Of a stretch of 49,828 nt of DNA, positions 8,717 to 17,702 are shown one piece after another. Both the position numbers and the translations under genes were made by a program. Under the pieces are notes generated by a model that saw only the letters and a list, made by a program, of their open reading frames with translations, was not told the DNA's origin and did no database searches. The DNA lies in assembly GCA_015663165.1 (NCBI GenBank), contig DQSS01000035.1:1-49828 (forward strand), written 5' to 3'. Positions within the stretch are counted from its first letter, which is position 1. Each line of letters begins with the position of its first letter. This DNA comes from Arcobacter sp. Lineage in GTDB: Bacteria > Campylobacterota > Campylobacteria > Campylobacterales > Arcobacteraceae.

Positions 8717-9352
8717 TTAATTTAAATAAGCGAGTAAATCTTCAAGCTTTTCAATTTTAGCAGTTGCTTTAGAAAAATCTTGTGTTTTAGTAAATTCATT
8801 ATAAACCATAACACATTCTATCCCTGCTTTATATGCAGAAGTTAATCCTCTTTGTGAGTCTTCAACTATCACTATTTCTTCTTTTGAAGCACCAAATTTA
8901 GTTAGTGCCGTTAGATATGGTTCCGGATGTGGTTTTGCCTTAGTGTAGTCTTCTTCACACAATACAAAATCCATAAACTCAACTATGCCACTATGTTTAT
9001 GAATTATCTCAAAATCAACTCTTCTTGATGTAGTTACTATTGCCATTTTGTAGTTTTTTGATAGTTCTTCTAGCATTGCGGTTACATTTGGTATGGCTAT
9101 ATCTTTTGTTTGCAAATACTCTTGATAATATATATTTCTTTGTTTTCTTGCTTTTACTATATTATCATGGCTTATTCCAGCTTCAATTGCTTTTTCCCAA
9201 GCAGTTCCACCTCTTGCCATTATTTTCATATAGTCTTCAAAAAGTAAGTCAATATTAAAAAACTCTTTTAGAGCTTTTTTACTAGCTTCATAGTACCACA
9301 TCTCTGTTTCTACAAGAACTCCATCATTATCAAATAGTATATATTTTTTCAT
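8717..9352 (-). CDS. HAD-superfamily hydrolase (phosphatase, subfamily IA-like)
   Basis: Motif I is LFDNDGVLVETE and motif II is IVTTS. The C-terminal VEDSQRG motif is also present. Confidence 0.8.
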   Translation of the reverse strand: MKKYILFDNDGVLVETEMWYYEASKKALKEFFNIDLLFEDYMKIMARGGTAWEKAIEAGISHDNIVKARKQRNIYYQEYLQTKDIAIPNVTAMLEELSKNYKMAIVTTSRRVDFEIIHKHSGIVEFMDFVLCEEDYTKAKPHPEPYLTALTKFGASKEEIVIVEDSQRGLTSAYKAGIECVMVYNEFTKTQDFSKATAKIEKLEDLLAYLN

Positions 9353-10246
9353 CTATTTACAAAAGTTGTTTAAAACTATAAGTTCTTCTTTCCATATATC
9401 AGTATTTGGTGTTTCAAGCACTAAAGGAATATCATCCATTCTACTATCATTTGCGATAAAATCAAAAGCATCTATTCCAATATGACCTTCACCTAAAGGT
9501 GCGTGTCTATCTACTTTGCTTCCTAATTCTGGTTTTGAGTCATTTATATGCATCCCCATTAAAAATTCTCTTCCAACTATTTTATCAAAGTCAGTCCAAG
9601 TTTTATCATATGATTCTCGTGTTCGTATATCATAACCAGCTGTAAACATATGACAGGTATCTATACATACACCTATTCTACTTTTATCTTCTACTTTATC
9701 AATTATATATGCTAGATGTTCAAACTTATATCCAAGGTTACTACCTTGTCCTGCTGTATTTTCTATGACTGCTTTTACATTTTTTGTTTTATCTAGTGCT
9801 ATATTTATTGACTCTGCTATTATCTCTAAACATTGAAGTTCTGATTCTTCTCGCAAAGCTATTGTTTCATCATTTATTTTTTTACCTATTTTTACAAGGT
9901 GGCTCCCTGGATGAAAGTTTAGTCTATCAAGACCTAAGATATCACATCTTTCAAGTTCATCAATAAAAGCGTTTCTAGACTTAATAAGCTTTTCTTCTTC
10001 CGGATGTCCTAGATTTATAAGATATGAATCGTGGGGTAAAATATGCTTTGGAAGTATTCCACTAAGTTCAAGGTTTTTAAACCATAAATCTAAAGTCTTA
10101 GTATCAAATGGTTTAACATCCCATCTTTTTTGATTTTTTGTAAAAAGTGCGAAAGATTTAGCACCTATTTCCATTGCATTTAAAGGGGCGTTAAAAACAC
10201 CCCCACTTGCACTTACATGAGCTCCGAAGAATTTGTTGTTTGACAT
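9353..10246 (-). CDS. nfo: Deoxyribonuclease IV (endonuclease IV)
   Basis: Track ORF extends to 10300. I prefer Met19 ([16 protein letters not shown]...), the canonical Nfo N-terminus. Motifs HPGSH, CIDTCH and HINDS are present. Confidence 0.85.
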   Translation of the reverse strand: MSNNKFFGAHVSASGGVFNAPLNAMEIGAKSFALFTKNQKRWDVKPFDTKTLDLWFKNLELSGILPKHILPHDSYLINLGHPEEEKLIKSRNAFIDELERCDILGLDRLNFHPGSHLVKIGKKINDETIALREESELQCLEIIAESINIALDKTKNVKAVIENTAGQGSNLGYKFEHLAYIIDKVEDKSRIGVCIDTCHMFTAGYDIRTRESYDKTWTDFDKIVGREFLMGMHINDSKPELGSKVDRHAPLGEGHIGIDAFDFIANDSRMDDIPLVLETPNTDIWKEELIVLNNFCK

Positions 10247-10328
10247 ATATTCATCCTTTTTATTTATATGCGTAATAATAGCAAACAAACTTTGTACCAA
10301 GCTTTAAAAAATATTCTTATTTAAGTGT

Positions 10329-10694
10329 TTATTTAATCTTCCAATAAAATATTTTATTTTCATATCCAGCAGAAAAAAATCCATTTTCATCATAGAACTT
10401 TATAGCTGTAGGAATAGCATAATGCCCTTTAAAGATATTTAGTTTTTTTCCAGATTTTACATCAAAAAGTTGAAGTAAACTTGAATCACTACTTGCATAT
10501 ACTCCAAAACTAGAAGATGGACTAAGTGCCACACTATAAACTAAAAAATCACTTTTTAAATAATACGGCTTTGCAGTTTTTGGATATATTCCTACTCTTC
10601 TATCTTGGCCACCAGTTATAACTACACCATTTTGATAGTCCACTTGATATACTTTATCTAAGTTTAAAGGCTTGTATTTTTTGCATTTTGCCAT
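10329..10694 (-). CDS. WD40/beta-propeller-like protein, C-terminal portion of what looks like a disrupted gene
   Basis: 121-aa ORF with WD-like blades (GGQDRRVGIY; LLQLFDVKSGKKLNIFKGH; GYENKIFYWK). It has no signal peptide or N-terminal blades of its own; those lie upstream in another frame (see the next feature and the findings). Confidence 0.5.
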   Translation of the reverse strand: MAKCKKYKPLNLDKVYQVDYQNGVVITGGQDRRVGIYPKTAKPYYLKSDFLVYSVALSPSSSFGVYASSDSSLLQLFDVKSGKKLNIFKGHYAIPTAIKFYDENGFFSAGYENKIFYWKIK

Positions 10695-10942
10695 TCTTGT
10701 TTTCTTGTAAAAATTGGGTCTATAAATATTTCATTTATCACTTCTTTTGTAAGTATGTCAAATACTTCAACACTTCCTTCATCGTTTGCTACATATAGTT
10801 TTTCATCGTTTATTACAAAGTCATTTACAAAACCTTTTGAGTGTAGTACAAAGTTTGGGCTAATGGTGGAGTAGGTATTTTTAGCATTTAGAGATATAAA
10901 AAGTATATATAAAATACTAAATACAATTATTTTTATTTTTAT
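10664..10942 (-). pseudogene. Out-of-frame N-terminal fragment (signal peptide plus first blade) of the same WD40-like gene
   Basis: The frame offset by 1 from the 10694 ORF is open from TAA (10949-10951) to TAA (10664-10666). It reads ..KIKIIVFSILYILFISLNAKNTYSTISPNFVLHSKGFVNDFVINDEKLYVANDEGSVEVFDILTKEV... and contains no ATG or TTG and only one far-downstream GTG (10711-10713), so none can serve as a start. Confidence 0.35.
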
Positions 10943-11753
10943 TGTTTTTTATACCAAGATTATATATAGTAGAAGATATCAAAGATAAAATCACATATGA
11001 AAAGAACATATAAAATCCAGCTTGTACTTCAGATACTATAGTTGTAGATGTTGAAGATGATAAATATACTAAAAATATAGCCAATACAAACACATCTATC
11101 ATAGACCACTTAGAAAGTATTGATGATATTTTGGTGATAGTTAAGAGTGTATTATTTTTTACAAACAACGCAATACTCATAATAAGTGTCTTAAACAAAG
11201 GAAATATAATAGAAAATAAACATATAACTCCCGCAACAAAATAATTTTCTTGTATATATAACTTCTCAATAGAAGATAAAAGTGTATTAGAATCAAACTC
11301 TAAAACTACATAACCTACTATGGGTAAATCTTTTTGTACAAGTACTGAAAATATGGGAGTAAATATTCCATATCCTAAACTTACAAGCGATGCAATATTT
11401 AAATACAATAAAAACAATACTTTTGAAAGTACTAAATATATCAATAGTGAAGAAAGAAGTATATAAGTGAAAATCATAAGATTAGATTGAACTTCTTCTT
11501 TTAAATATTTTTGTTCTTTTAGATAATTTGGCTTCGGCTTTTCTTGTACAATTTTCTGACCTAAAAATGCCCCAAGCAAATTGCTTATCAAATCTTGTGG
11601 TTTTTCATTCAGTTTTTTATCGAGCATATTTTCTTGAACAATTTTATCTGTAATTGACTCATATTTTAAAGCACTTTGATATGTTTTATTTGCATAAAGA
11701 ATTACTGCTGTAGTAAATACTAAAATTAATATAACTGATATAATATTTTTCAT
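10917..11753 (-). CDS. PqiA-family (paraquat-inducible protein A-like) integral membrane protein, single-module form
   Basis: 278 aa with multiple TM helices. The C-terminal LSKWSMIDVFVLAIFLVY block matches the conserved WSM(L/I)DVF motif of PqiA as I recall it. Confidence 0.6.
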   Translation of the reverse strand: MKNIISVILILVFTTAVILYANKTYQSALKYESITDKIVQENMLDKKLNEKPQDLISNLLGAFLGQKIVQEKPKPNYLKEQKYLKEEVQSNLMIFTYILLSSLLIYLVLSKVLFLLYLNIASLVSLGYGIFTPIFSVLVQKDLPIVGYVVLEFDSNTLLSSIEKLYIQENYFVAGVICLFSIIFPLFKTLIMSIALFVKNNTLLTITKISSILSKWSMIDVFVLAIFLVYLSSSTSTTIVSEVQAGFYMFFSYVILSLISSTIYNLGIKNNKNKNNCI

Positions 11754-11799
11754 AATTTATTTTATCATAATATTTTAATTTTTTTGATACACTTACATT

Positions 11800-12621
11800 A
11801 TGAAAATAATAAAAGATATACAAGAACTAAAACAAGAACTAAAACTCACTTCAGAATCTATTGGATTTGTTCCTACAATGGGAGCTTTACATGAAGGTCA
11901 TATTTCACTTATCAAGCAAGCACGAGATGAAAATGAACTTGTAGTTGTTTCTATATTTGTAAATCCTACTCAGTTTTTACAAGGTGAGGATTTTAGCTCT
12001 TATCCTTCAAAAGATTTAGCCGATACTAAGATATGTGAGTTAGCAAAAGTGGATATACTTTTTATGCCAGATACAAATACTATCTATAAAAAAGATGAGC
12101 TTAGCGTAAAAGCACCACAAAAAAGAAGCTATATACTTGAAGGTTTTGGAAGACCTGGACATTTTGATGGGGTACTTCAAATAGTACTGAAACTATTTAA
12201 TATAGTAAGACCTACAAATGCATACTTTGGGAAGAAAGATGCTCAACAGCTTTCACTGATTAAACAGATGGTGAGTGATTTATTTATGGATATCAATATA
12301 ATTGAATGTGAGATTATAAGAGATGACGATGGACTAGCACTTAGTAGTAGAAATACATATTTAGGAAGTGATGAAAAAAAACTTGCACTAAATATTGTAA
12401 AAAGTTTAAGGGTAGCCACTCAAGAAGTTATGACTGGAACACAAGATATAGAAAAGATTAAAAAATCTATGGAAATAGTATTAAAAGATATGGATATAGA
12501 ATATATAGAAATACTATCAAGAGATTTTAAAAAGCTTGAAAATATAGAACTAAAAAATTCAATCATACTAGTTGCCATAAGAGTTGGTACAACTAGACTG
12601 ATTGATAATATTTGGATATAA
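11800..12621 (+). CDS. panC: Pantoate--beta-alanine ligase
   Basis: 273 aa with PTMGALHEGHISL (HxGH) and the FGKKDAQQL motif. Confidence 0.9.
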   Translation: MKIIKDIQELKQELKLTSESIGFVPTMGALHEGHISLIKQARDENELVVVSIFVNPTQFLQGEDFSSYPSKDLADTKICELAKVDILFMPDTNTIYKKDELSVKAPQKRSYILEGFGRPGHFDGVLQIVLKLFNIVRPTNAYFGKKDAQQLSLIKQMVSDLFMDINIIECEIIRDDDGLALSSRNTYLGSDEKKLALNIVKSLRVATQEVMTGTQDIEKIKKSMEIVLKDMDIEYIEILSRDFKKLENIELKNSIILVAIRVGTTRLIDNIWI

Positions 12622-12622
12622 G

Positions 12623-14359
12623 ATGAATAATACAATACAATTTATACAATCACAAAAGCCAGAAGAACTAGAAATATATATACAATTAAAGTGTTCTTTA
12701 GATGAGATAAAAATACTACAACATCTTACAAAACAGTACATAGTGGGAAATACAAATATTATAGCAGTTGAAGTACTTCAAGAGTTTTACAACATAGAAA
12801 CTTTTGAACATCTAAATAAAGTATACTTAATAAAAAACCTAATAGAACTAGGCTGGATAATCCAACAAAACCTAGTACCAGTGAAACTAAGTGAGTTATC
12901 ATCACTTGAAATCATAAACACACGCATAAGTTTAAGCCCAGCATTTTTAAAACTTCTTGAAGTTGGTTCTTTAGATTTAGTTCTTCCAGAAATTACACCA
13001 TATGGTGACCATTTGGAATATTTACAAGACCAATTTTTTAAAATAGATTTAGCCCAAAAACTAAATGTCCTAAAACACAACTTTGAACAAAATTCACCAA
13101 ATATAAATCGTCTAAAATCAAAACTTACTTTATTAGAAAACCGAATTAAAGAAAGAATAGAAGTAACAAAAGAAGATATTATGCTTGAAAACTTCTTTAC
13201 TTTATACAACTTAGACATCAAAGAGCAGATGATATTTGTAGCGCTTTTAAAAGAAGAATATAGTGGTGGTGGAGAGTCTATACGAGATATGAATTCTTTG
13301 ATTGACTTAATTTCTAGTGATGATTATGAGAAAATTAAATATAGAAGTTTGCTAGAAGAAAGTGGGAATCTGATTACAAATAATATCTTAGATTATGATG
13401 AGATGCTAACTCCTTATGGTGGAATTATTAGAAATTTTTATATTCCAGAGCAGATACTTTATAAAATATCTCATCCAGCAAAAAAAGAAAAAAGAAAACA
13501 AAAAATCAGACTAAATATACTGATAAATGAGCAAGAACTTTTTGAACTAATTGAACCAAAAAAAGGACTAGATGAAATAGTTCTAAATCCAAAAACAAAA
13601 GATACACTTGATTCACTACTAAAACAAGTAGATAAGGAAGTGATAAACCGTCTTAAAGAATGGGGTATAAAAGATAAGAAAAAAGGGATAGATGCAAGAA
13701 TTATTTTCTATGGAACAGCAGGAACTGGTAAAACTATAACAGCTTTAGCTATTGCAAAATCTTTAAAAAAACAAATATTATCTTTTGATTGTAGTAAGAT
13801 ATTATCTCAATATGTAGGTGAGAGTGAAAAAAATGTACGAAAGATATTTGATAACTACAAAGAGCTTTGTATCAAGACAAAAACAGAGCCAATACTTTTA
13901 CTAAATGAAGCAGACCAATTTCTAAGTAATAGAGTCACAGGTACAAGTGCAGGAAGTGATAAGATGCACAACCAAATGCAAAATATCTTTTTAGAGCAAA
14001 TTGAAAGATTTGATGGAATGTTAATAGCTACTACAAACTTATTAGAAAGTATTGATAAAGCATTTTCAAGAAGATTTAACTATAAGATTGAATTTACAAA
14101 ACCAAACGAAGAACAAAGAGTAAAACTATGGAATATTTTGATTCCAAAAACTCTACCTTTAGAAGAAAACTTTGATGTAGAAAAACTTGCAAAGCATAGT
14201 CTAACAGGTGGACAAATTGAGCTTATCATAAAAAATACAGCTTATAAGCTAGCTACATATTCTAATCCTATATTTAAAGTTGAAGATTTTACTGAAGAGA
14301 TTGAAAAAGAGAAAAAGAATAATTTTGACAAAGAACATAAAGCTGGATTTTTAAGCTAA
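12623..14359 (+). CDS. AAA+ ATPase (classic AAA clade) with a ~340-aa uncharacterised N-terminal region
   Basis: Track ORF starts at 12602. I prefer ATG 12623 (MNNTIQF), 1 nt after the panC stop. Motifs are Walker A GTAGTGKT, Walker B ILLLNEAD and the second region of homology ATTNLLESIDKAFSRRF. Confidence 0.8.
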   Translation: MNNTIQFIQSQKPEELEIYIQLKCSLDEIKILQHLTKQYIVGNTNIIAVEVLQEFYNIETFEHLNKVYLIKNLIELGWIIQQNLVPVKLSELSSLEIINTRISLSPAFLKLLEVGSLDLVLPEITPYGDHLEYLQDQFFKIDLAQKLNVLKHNFEQNSPNINRLKSKLTLLENRIKERIEVTKEDIMLENFFTLYNLDIKEQMIFVALLKEEYSGGGESIRDMNSLIDLISSDDYEKIKYRSLLEESGNLITNNILDYDEMLTPYGGIIRNFYIPEQILYKISHPAKKEKRKQKIRLNILINEQELFELIEPKKGLDEIVLNPKTKDTLDSLLKQVDKEVINRLKEWGIKDKKKGIDARIIFYGTAGTGKTITALAIAKSLKKQILSFDCSKILSQYVGESEKNVRKIFDNYKELCIKTKTEPILLLNEADQFLSNRVTGTSAGSDKMHNQMQNIFLEQIERFDGMLIATTNLLESIDKAFSRRFNYKIEFTKPNEEQRVKLWNILIPKTLPLEENFDVEKLAKHSLTGGQIELIIKNTAYKLATYSNPIFKVEDFTEEIEKEKKNNFDKEHKAGFLS

Positions 14360-14394
14360 AAATTCACTTTTATGAAATAGTAAAAGTGAATTTT
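14359..14394. terminator. Bidirectional hairpin terminator between convergent AAA-ATPase and kinase genes
   Basis: A perfect 14-bp stem, AAAATTCACTTTTA (14359-14372) / TAAAAGTGAATTTT (14381-14394), with an 8-nt loop. It has A/T runs on both sides, and the right arm lies inside the last codons of the kinase gene. Confidence 0.6.
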
Positions 14395-16112
14395 ACACCT
14401 GTATATTCAGTATCTTTATAAGTGTAAGTTTCATTTTGCACTTCTATTTTACCACCCATAACATTCGCAATCAAATCATTTACCATATGAAGACCAAGTC
14501 CCGTACATTGAGATTGATGTTTAGTTGTAAAGTATGGTTCAAATATCTTTTCTATTATATCTGCTGGTATTCCACCTGCATTGTCTTTTAGTTGTATTGA
14601 TATCTTTTCATTTTCTTTTGATATATCTAGGAATAAATATTTGTTTTTTATATCTTTAGTTTTTAATGCATCTATTGTGTTATTTAATATATTTACATAT
14701 GCTTGTGTTAGTTCATTTGGATAGGCATTTATTTTTATATCTTCTTGGATATTGCATACTACTTCAATATTATTTTCTTCAAGTTGTTTATGTGCTATTT
14801 GTAAAAAGCTATTTGCATTATCTTTTAAATCAAATAATTCTAATACTTTTTCACCTTGTGCAAAACTCTTAAACTCATCAATTGTTTTTGAAAGATGTTG
14901 TGCATTTTTGTTTATCATTTCACAAGTTTCATTAAATTTTTCATCACTTAACATATCAAATTCTTTTTGTATTTGCATAGATGTAACTCCCGTAGATATT
15001 ACAGACAATGGCTGTCTCCATTGATGTGCAATATTTACAATCATCTCACCCATTGAAGCCATTCTCTCTGATTTTACAAGTTTTAGATGCTGTTCTTCAA
15101 AATCTTTTCTTGCAGTTATATCTTGTCTTATAGACATATAACCTATGATATTTTTATCTTTATCAAACTCAGGAGAAATATTTGCACTAACCCAATAGTA
15201 ACCATCATCTTTTAATCTATTTTTAACTTCACCTCTCCAAACTGTACCTTTTTTAATAGTTTCCCACATCTCTTTAAATGCTTCACTTGGCATATCATGG
15301 TGTCTTAGTATATTGTGTGGTTTTCCTATTAGCTCATCTTTTGAGTAGCCAGATATTTTACAAAATGCATCACTTGCTTCAGTTATGATACCTTTTAAAT
15401 CTGTCTTAGAAAATATTACATATCTACTTAAAATTCGTAGATTTTTAGAACCTTCTCTTGTTCTTTCTTCTACTATTTTTGTTAAATTTTTATTTATATT
15501 TATAATCTCTTCTTGAGTACTATAAACTTTTTTATTTAATTTTTTTAGTTTATTGTTTCTTTTTATTTCTTTTATCATTTCAATAGAATGTTTCTTCTGT
15601 TGTTCTATTAGTTTATAAACTGTCAATAATACAAAAAAAGAAATGCCGATTAATAAACAAAACAAAACATTTGTATTTGTATTTTTATTTACAATATAGT
15701 TTGCCTCACTTTGAATCAAAAATATATCTTTATTTATTGAGTTTTGAATTGTAATAGCTGTTATTGCTTTATTATTTACTTTATCATAAATGCTAAAGGT
15801 AGGATATTTTTTCTGTTTTTGTTCTATTTGAAATATTAATTCTTTAGTAAGTGATAAATTTTTATGATTATTTAGAAATGCAGCAGTTGAGTTATATTCT
15901 TTTTTAAAAGTTTCAATTAAAAAAGTATTATTATCTAGTGAGTTTATACTTTTTTGATACTTTTTGATTAAATTATAACTATGATTATATTCTATTGTTT
16001 TATTCGTTAGGTATTTACTAATTTTATCATTTTTTTCGTATTGTAAAAATATATAAGACGAACATATTAAGACAATAAATAACACTACAAATGATATAAG
16101 ATATTTTTTCAA
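14370..16112 (-). CDS. PAS-domain sensor histidine kinase (membrane-anchored, orphan)
   Basis: 580 aa with two TM segments flanking an extracytoplasmic region. It has a PAS domain (SGYSKDELIGKPHNILRHHDMP), H-box NIAHQWRQPLS, and an ATPase domain with DNAGGI and TGLGLHM. Confidence 0.85.
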   Translation of the reverse strand: MKKYLISFVVLFIVLICSSYIFLQYEKNDKISKYLTNKTIEYNHSYNLIKKYQKSINSLDNNTFLIETFKKEYNSTAAFLNNHKNLSLTKELIFQIEQKQKKYPTFSIYDKVNNKAITAITIQNSINKDIFLIQSEANYIVNKNTNTNVLFCLLIGISFFVLLTVYKLIEQQKKHSIEMIKEIKRNNKLKKLNKKVYSTQEEIININKNLTKIVEERTREGSKNLRILSRYVIFSKTDLKGIITEASDAFCKISGYSKDELIGKPHNILRHHDMPSEAFKEMWETIKKGTVWRGEVKNRLKDDGYYWVSANISPEFDKDKNIIGYMSIRQDITARKDFEEQHLKLVKSERMASMGEMIVNIAHQWRQPLSVISTGVTSMQIQKEFDMLSDEKFNETCEMINKNAQHLSKTIDEFKSFAQGEKVLELFDLKDNANSFLQIAHKQLEENNIEVVCNIQEDIKINAYPNELTQAYVNILNNTIDALKTKDIKNKYLFLDISKENEKISIQLKDNAGGIPADIIEKIFEPYFTTKHQSQCTGLGLHMVNDLIANVMGGKIEVQNETYTYKDTEYTGVKFTFTIS

Positions 16113-16186
16113 TGTTTATCCTTTTGTGAAATATTTATTATTATATCATTTTATATATTAGCTATATGCAGTGTTATTGTAATTTA

Positions 16187-17542
16187 TTAAATTCCTTCAG
16201 CAATCATAGCATCAGCAACTTTTTTAAATCCTGCGATATTTGCACCATGTACATAGTTTCCATCCATACCATATTCCTCTGCTGTTAAGTGTACTCTTTT
16301 ACAAATAGCCCTCATAGTTTCTTCTAACATTTTATCAACTTTTTCATATGTCCATTTTGACATAGAAGCATTTTGGCTCATTTCAAATTCGCTTACAGCA
16401 ACACCTCCAGCATTTGCAGCTTTTGCAGGAGCAAAAAGTATTCCATTTTTTTGCATAAGATGTATAGCTTCAGGAGTTGAAGGCATATTTGCACCTTCAC
16501 TTACAGAAACACAAGCATTTTTTACTAAGTTTTGAGCATCAATTAGTGTAAGTTCATTTTGAGTTGCACTGGGAAAAGCACAATCACAAGGGATATTCCA
16601 AACAGCATGTCCACCTTCAGGATAATCTTCAACTTTTGTATAAATTGCATCACTATTAATAGTACAATATTCTTCTAAAGATACTCTTTTATTTAATTTT
16701 AAATCTTTTAAAAGTTCAAGATCAACACCTCTTGGATCATAGATAGTACCTTTACTATCTGTACAAGAAACTGGCTTTGCACCTAAAGCATAAAGTTTTT
16801 CAATAGTATGAAGTGCAACATTTCCAGCACCACTTACTGTACAAACTCTATCTTTAAAATCAGCAAGCCCAGCAAATTTCAACATCTCATCAGTAAAATA
16901 AACACATCCATACCCAGTAGCTTCAGGACGCATTAAAGAACCACCAAACATAAATGGCTTTCCTGTTAATATCCCTTCATAAGAAGATGTGATTTTTTTA
17001 TATTCACCAAATAAATATCCAATTTCCCTAGCTCCTACTCCAATATCTCCTGCTGGTACATCAATTCTTGGACCAATATATTTATGTAGTTCAGTCATAA
17101 ATGCAGAACAAAACTTCATAATCTCAAAATCAGATTTTCCTTTAGGATCAAAATCACTACCACCTTTTCCTCCACCAATAGGAAGACCAGTAAGTGAGTT
17201 TTTAAAAATTTGCTCAAATCCTAAAAATTTTAAAATACCATTATTTACACTAGGATGAAATCTAAGACCACCTTTATATGGTCCAAGAGCATTGTTAAAT
17301 TGTACTCTATATCCTGTATTTACTTGAATATTTTGATTGTCATCCATCCACACAACTTTAAATTTAAACTCTCTATCTGGTGTTGTAAGTCTTTTTACTA
17401 TTGAATGTCTTGCATATATAGGGTTAGCATCAAGTACTGGTTGAATACTTTCTAATACTTCTTCAACTGCTTGAAAAAAAGTACCATCAGTACTGCAATT
17501 GCTTTTTTTGATTCTGTTTATTGTTTCTTCTAAAAAATTCAT
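16187..17542 (-). CDS. gdhA: NADP-specific glutamate dehydrogenase
   Basis: 451 aa with the GluDH catalytic motif LPIGGGKGGSDFDP and a Rossmann motif VSGAGNVA. Confidence 0.9.
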   Translation of the reverse strand: MNFLEETINRIKKSNCSTDGTFFQAVEEVLESIQPVLDANPIYARHSIVKRLTTPDREFKFKVVWMDDNQNIQVNTGYRVQFNNALGPYKGGLRFHPSVNNGILKFLGFEQIFKNSLTGLPIGGGKGGSDFDPKGKSDFEIMKFCSAFMTELHKYIGPRIDVPAGDIGVGAREIGYLFGEYKKITSSYEGILTGKPFMFGGSLMRPEATGYGCVYFTDEMLKFAGLADFKDRVCTVSGAGNVALHTIEKLYALGAKPVSCTDSKGTIYDPRGVDLELLKDLKLNKRVSLEEYCTINSDAIYTKVEDYPEGGHAVWNIPCDCAFPSATQNELTLIDAQNLVKNACVSVSEGANMPSTPEAIHLMQKNGILFAPAKAANAGGVAVSEFEMSQNASMSKWTYEKVDKMLEETMRAICKRVHLTAEEYGMDGNYVHGANIAGFKKVADAMIAEGI

Positions 17543-17663
17543 TTTATATCCTAGTATTTATATTTATTGGTATTATACATCTTTGTTATTTAAACATATG
17601 CAAATAAATATTATATTTAATTGATGTAATTATTTACCCTTAGCAAACTAAAAGTTACATTTA

Positions 17664-17671
17664 TGTATAAT
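17664..17671 (+). promoter_or_regulatory. Candidate extended -10 element (TGTATAAT) for ispDF, embedded in a 9-bp inverted repeat
   Basis: TGTATAAT lies about 32 nt upstream of the TTG start at 17703, with AAGGA as RBS at 17692-17696. It is flanked by AAAAGTTAC (17650-17658) and GTAACTTTT (17674-17682). Confidence 0.4.
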
Positions 17672-17702
17672 GCGTAACTTTTTTACACACTAAGGATTAT
17701 AT

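Noticed and set aside
12787-13221. 144-aa minus-strand ORF inside the AAA-ATPase gene
   Set aside because: It is an antisense shadow ORF with no independent support.
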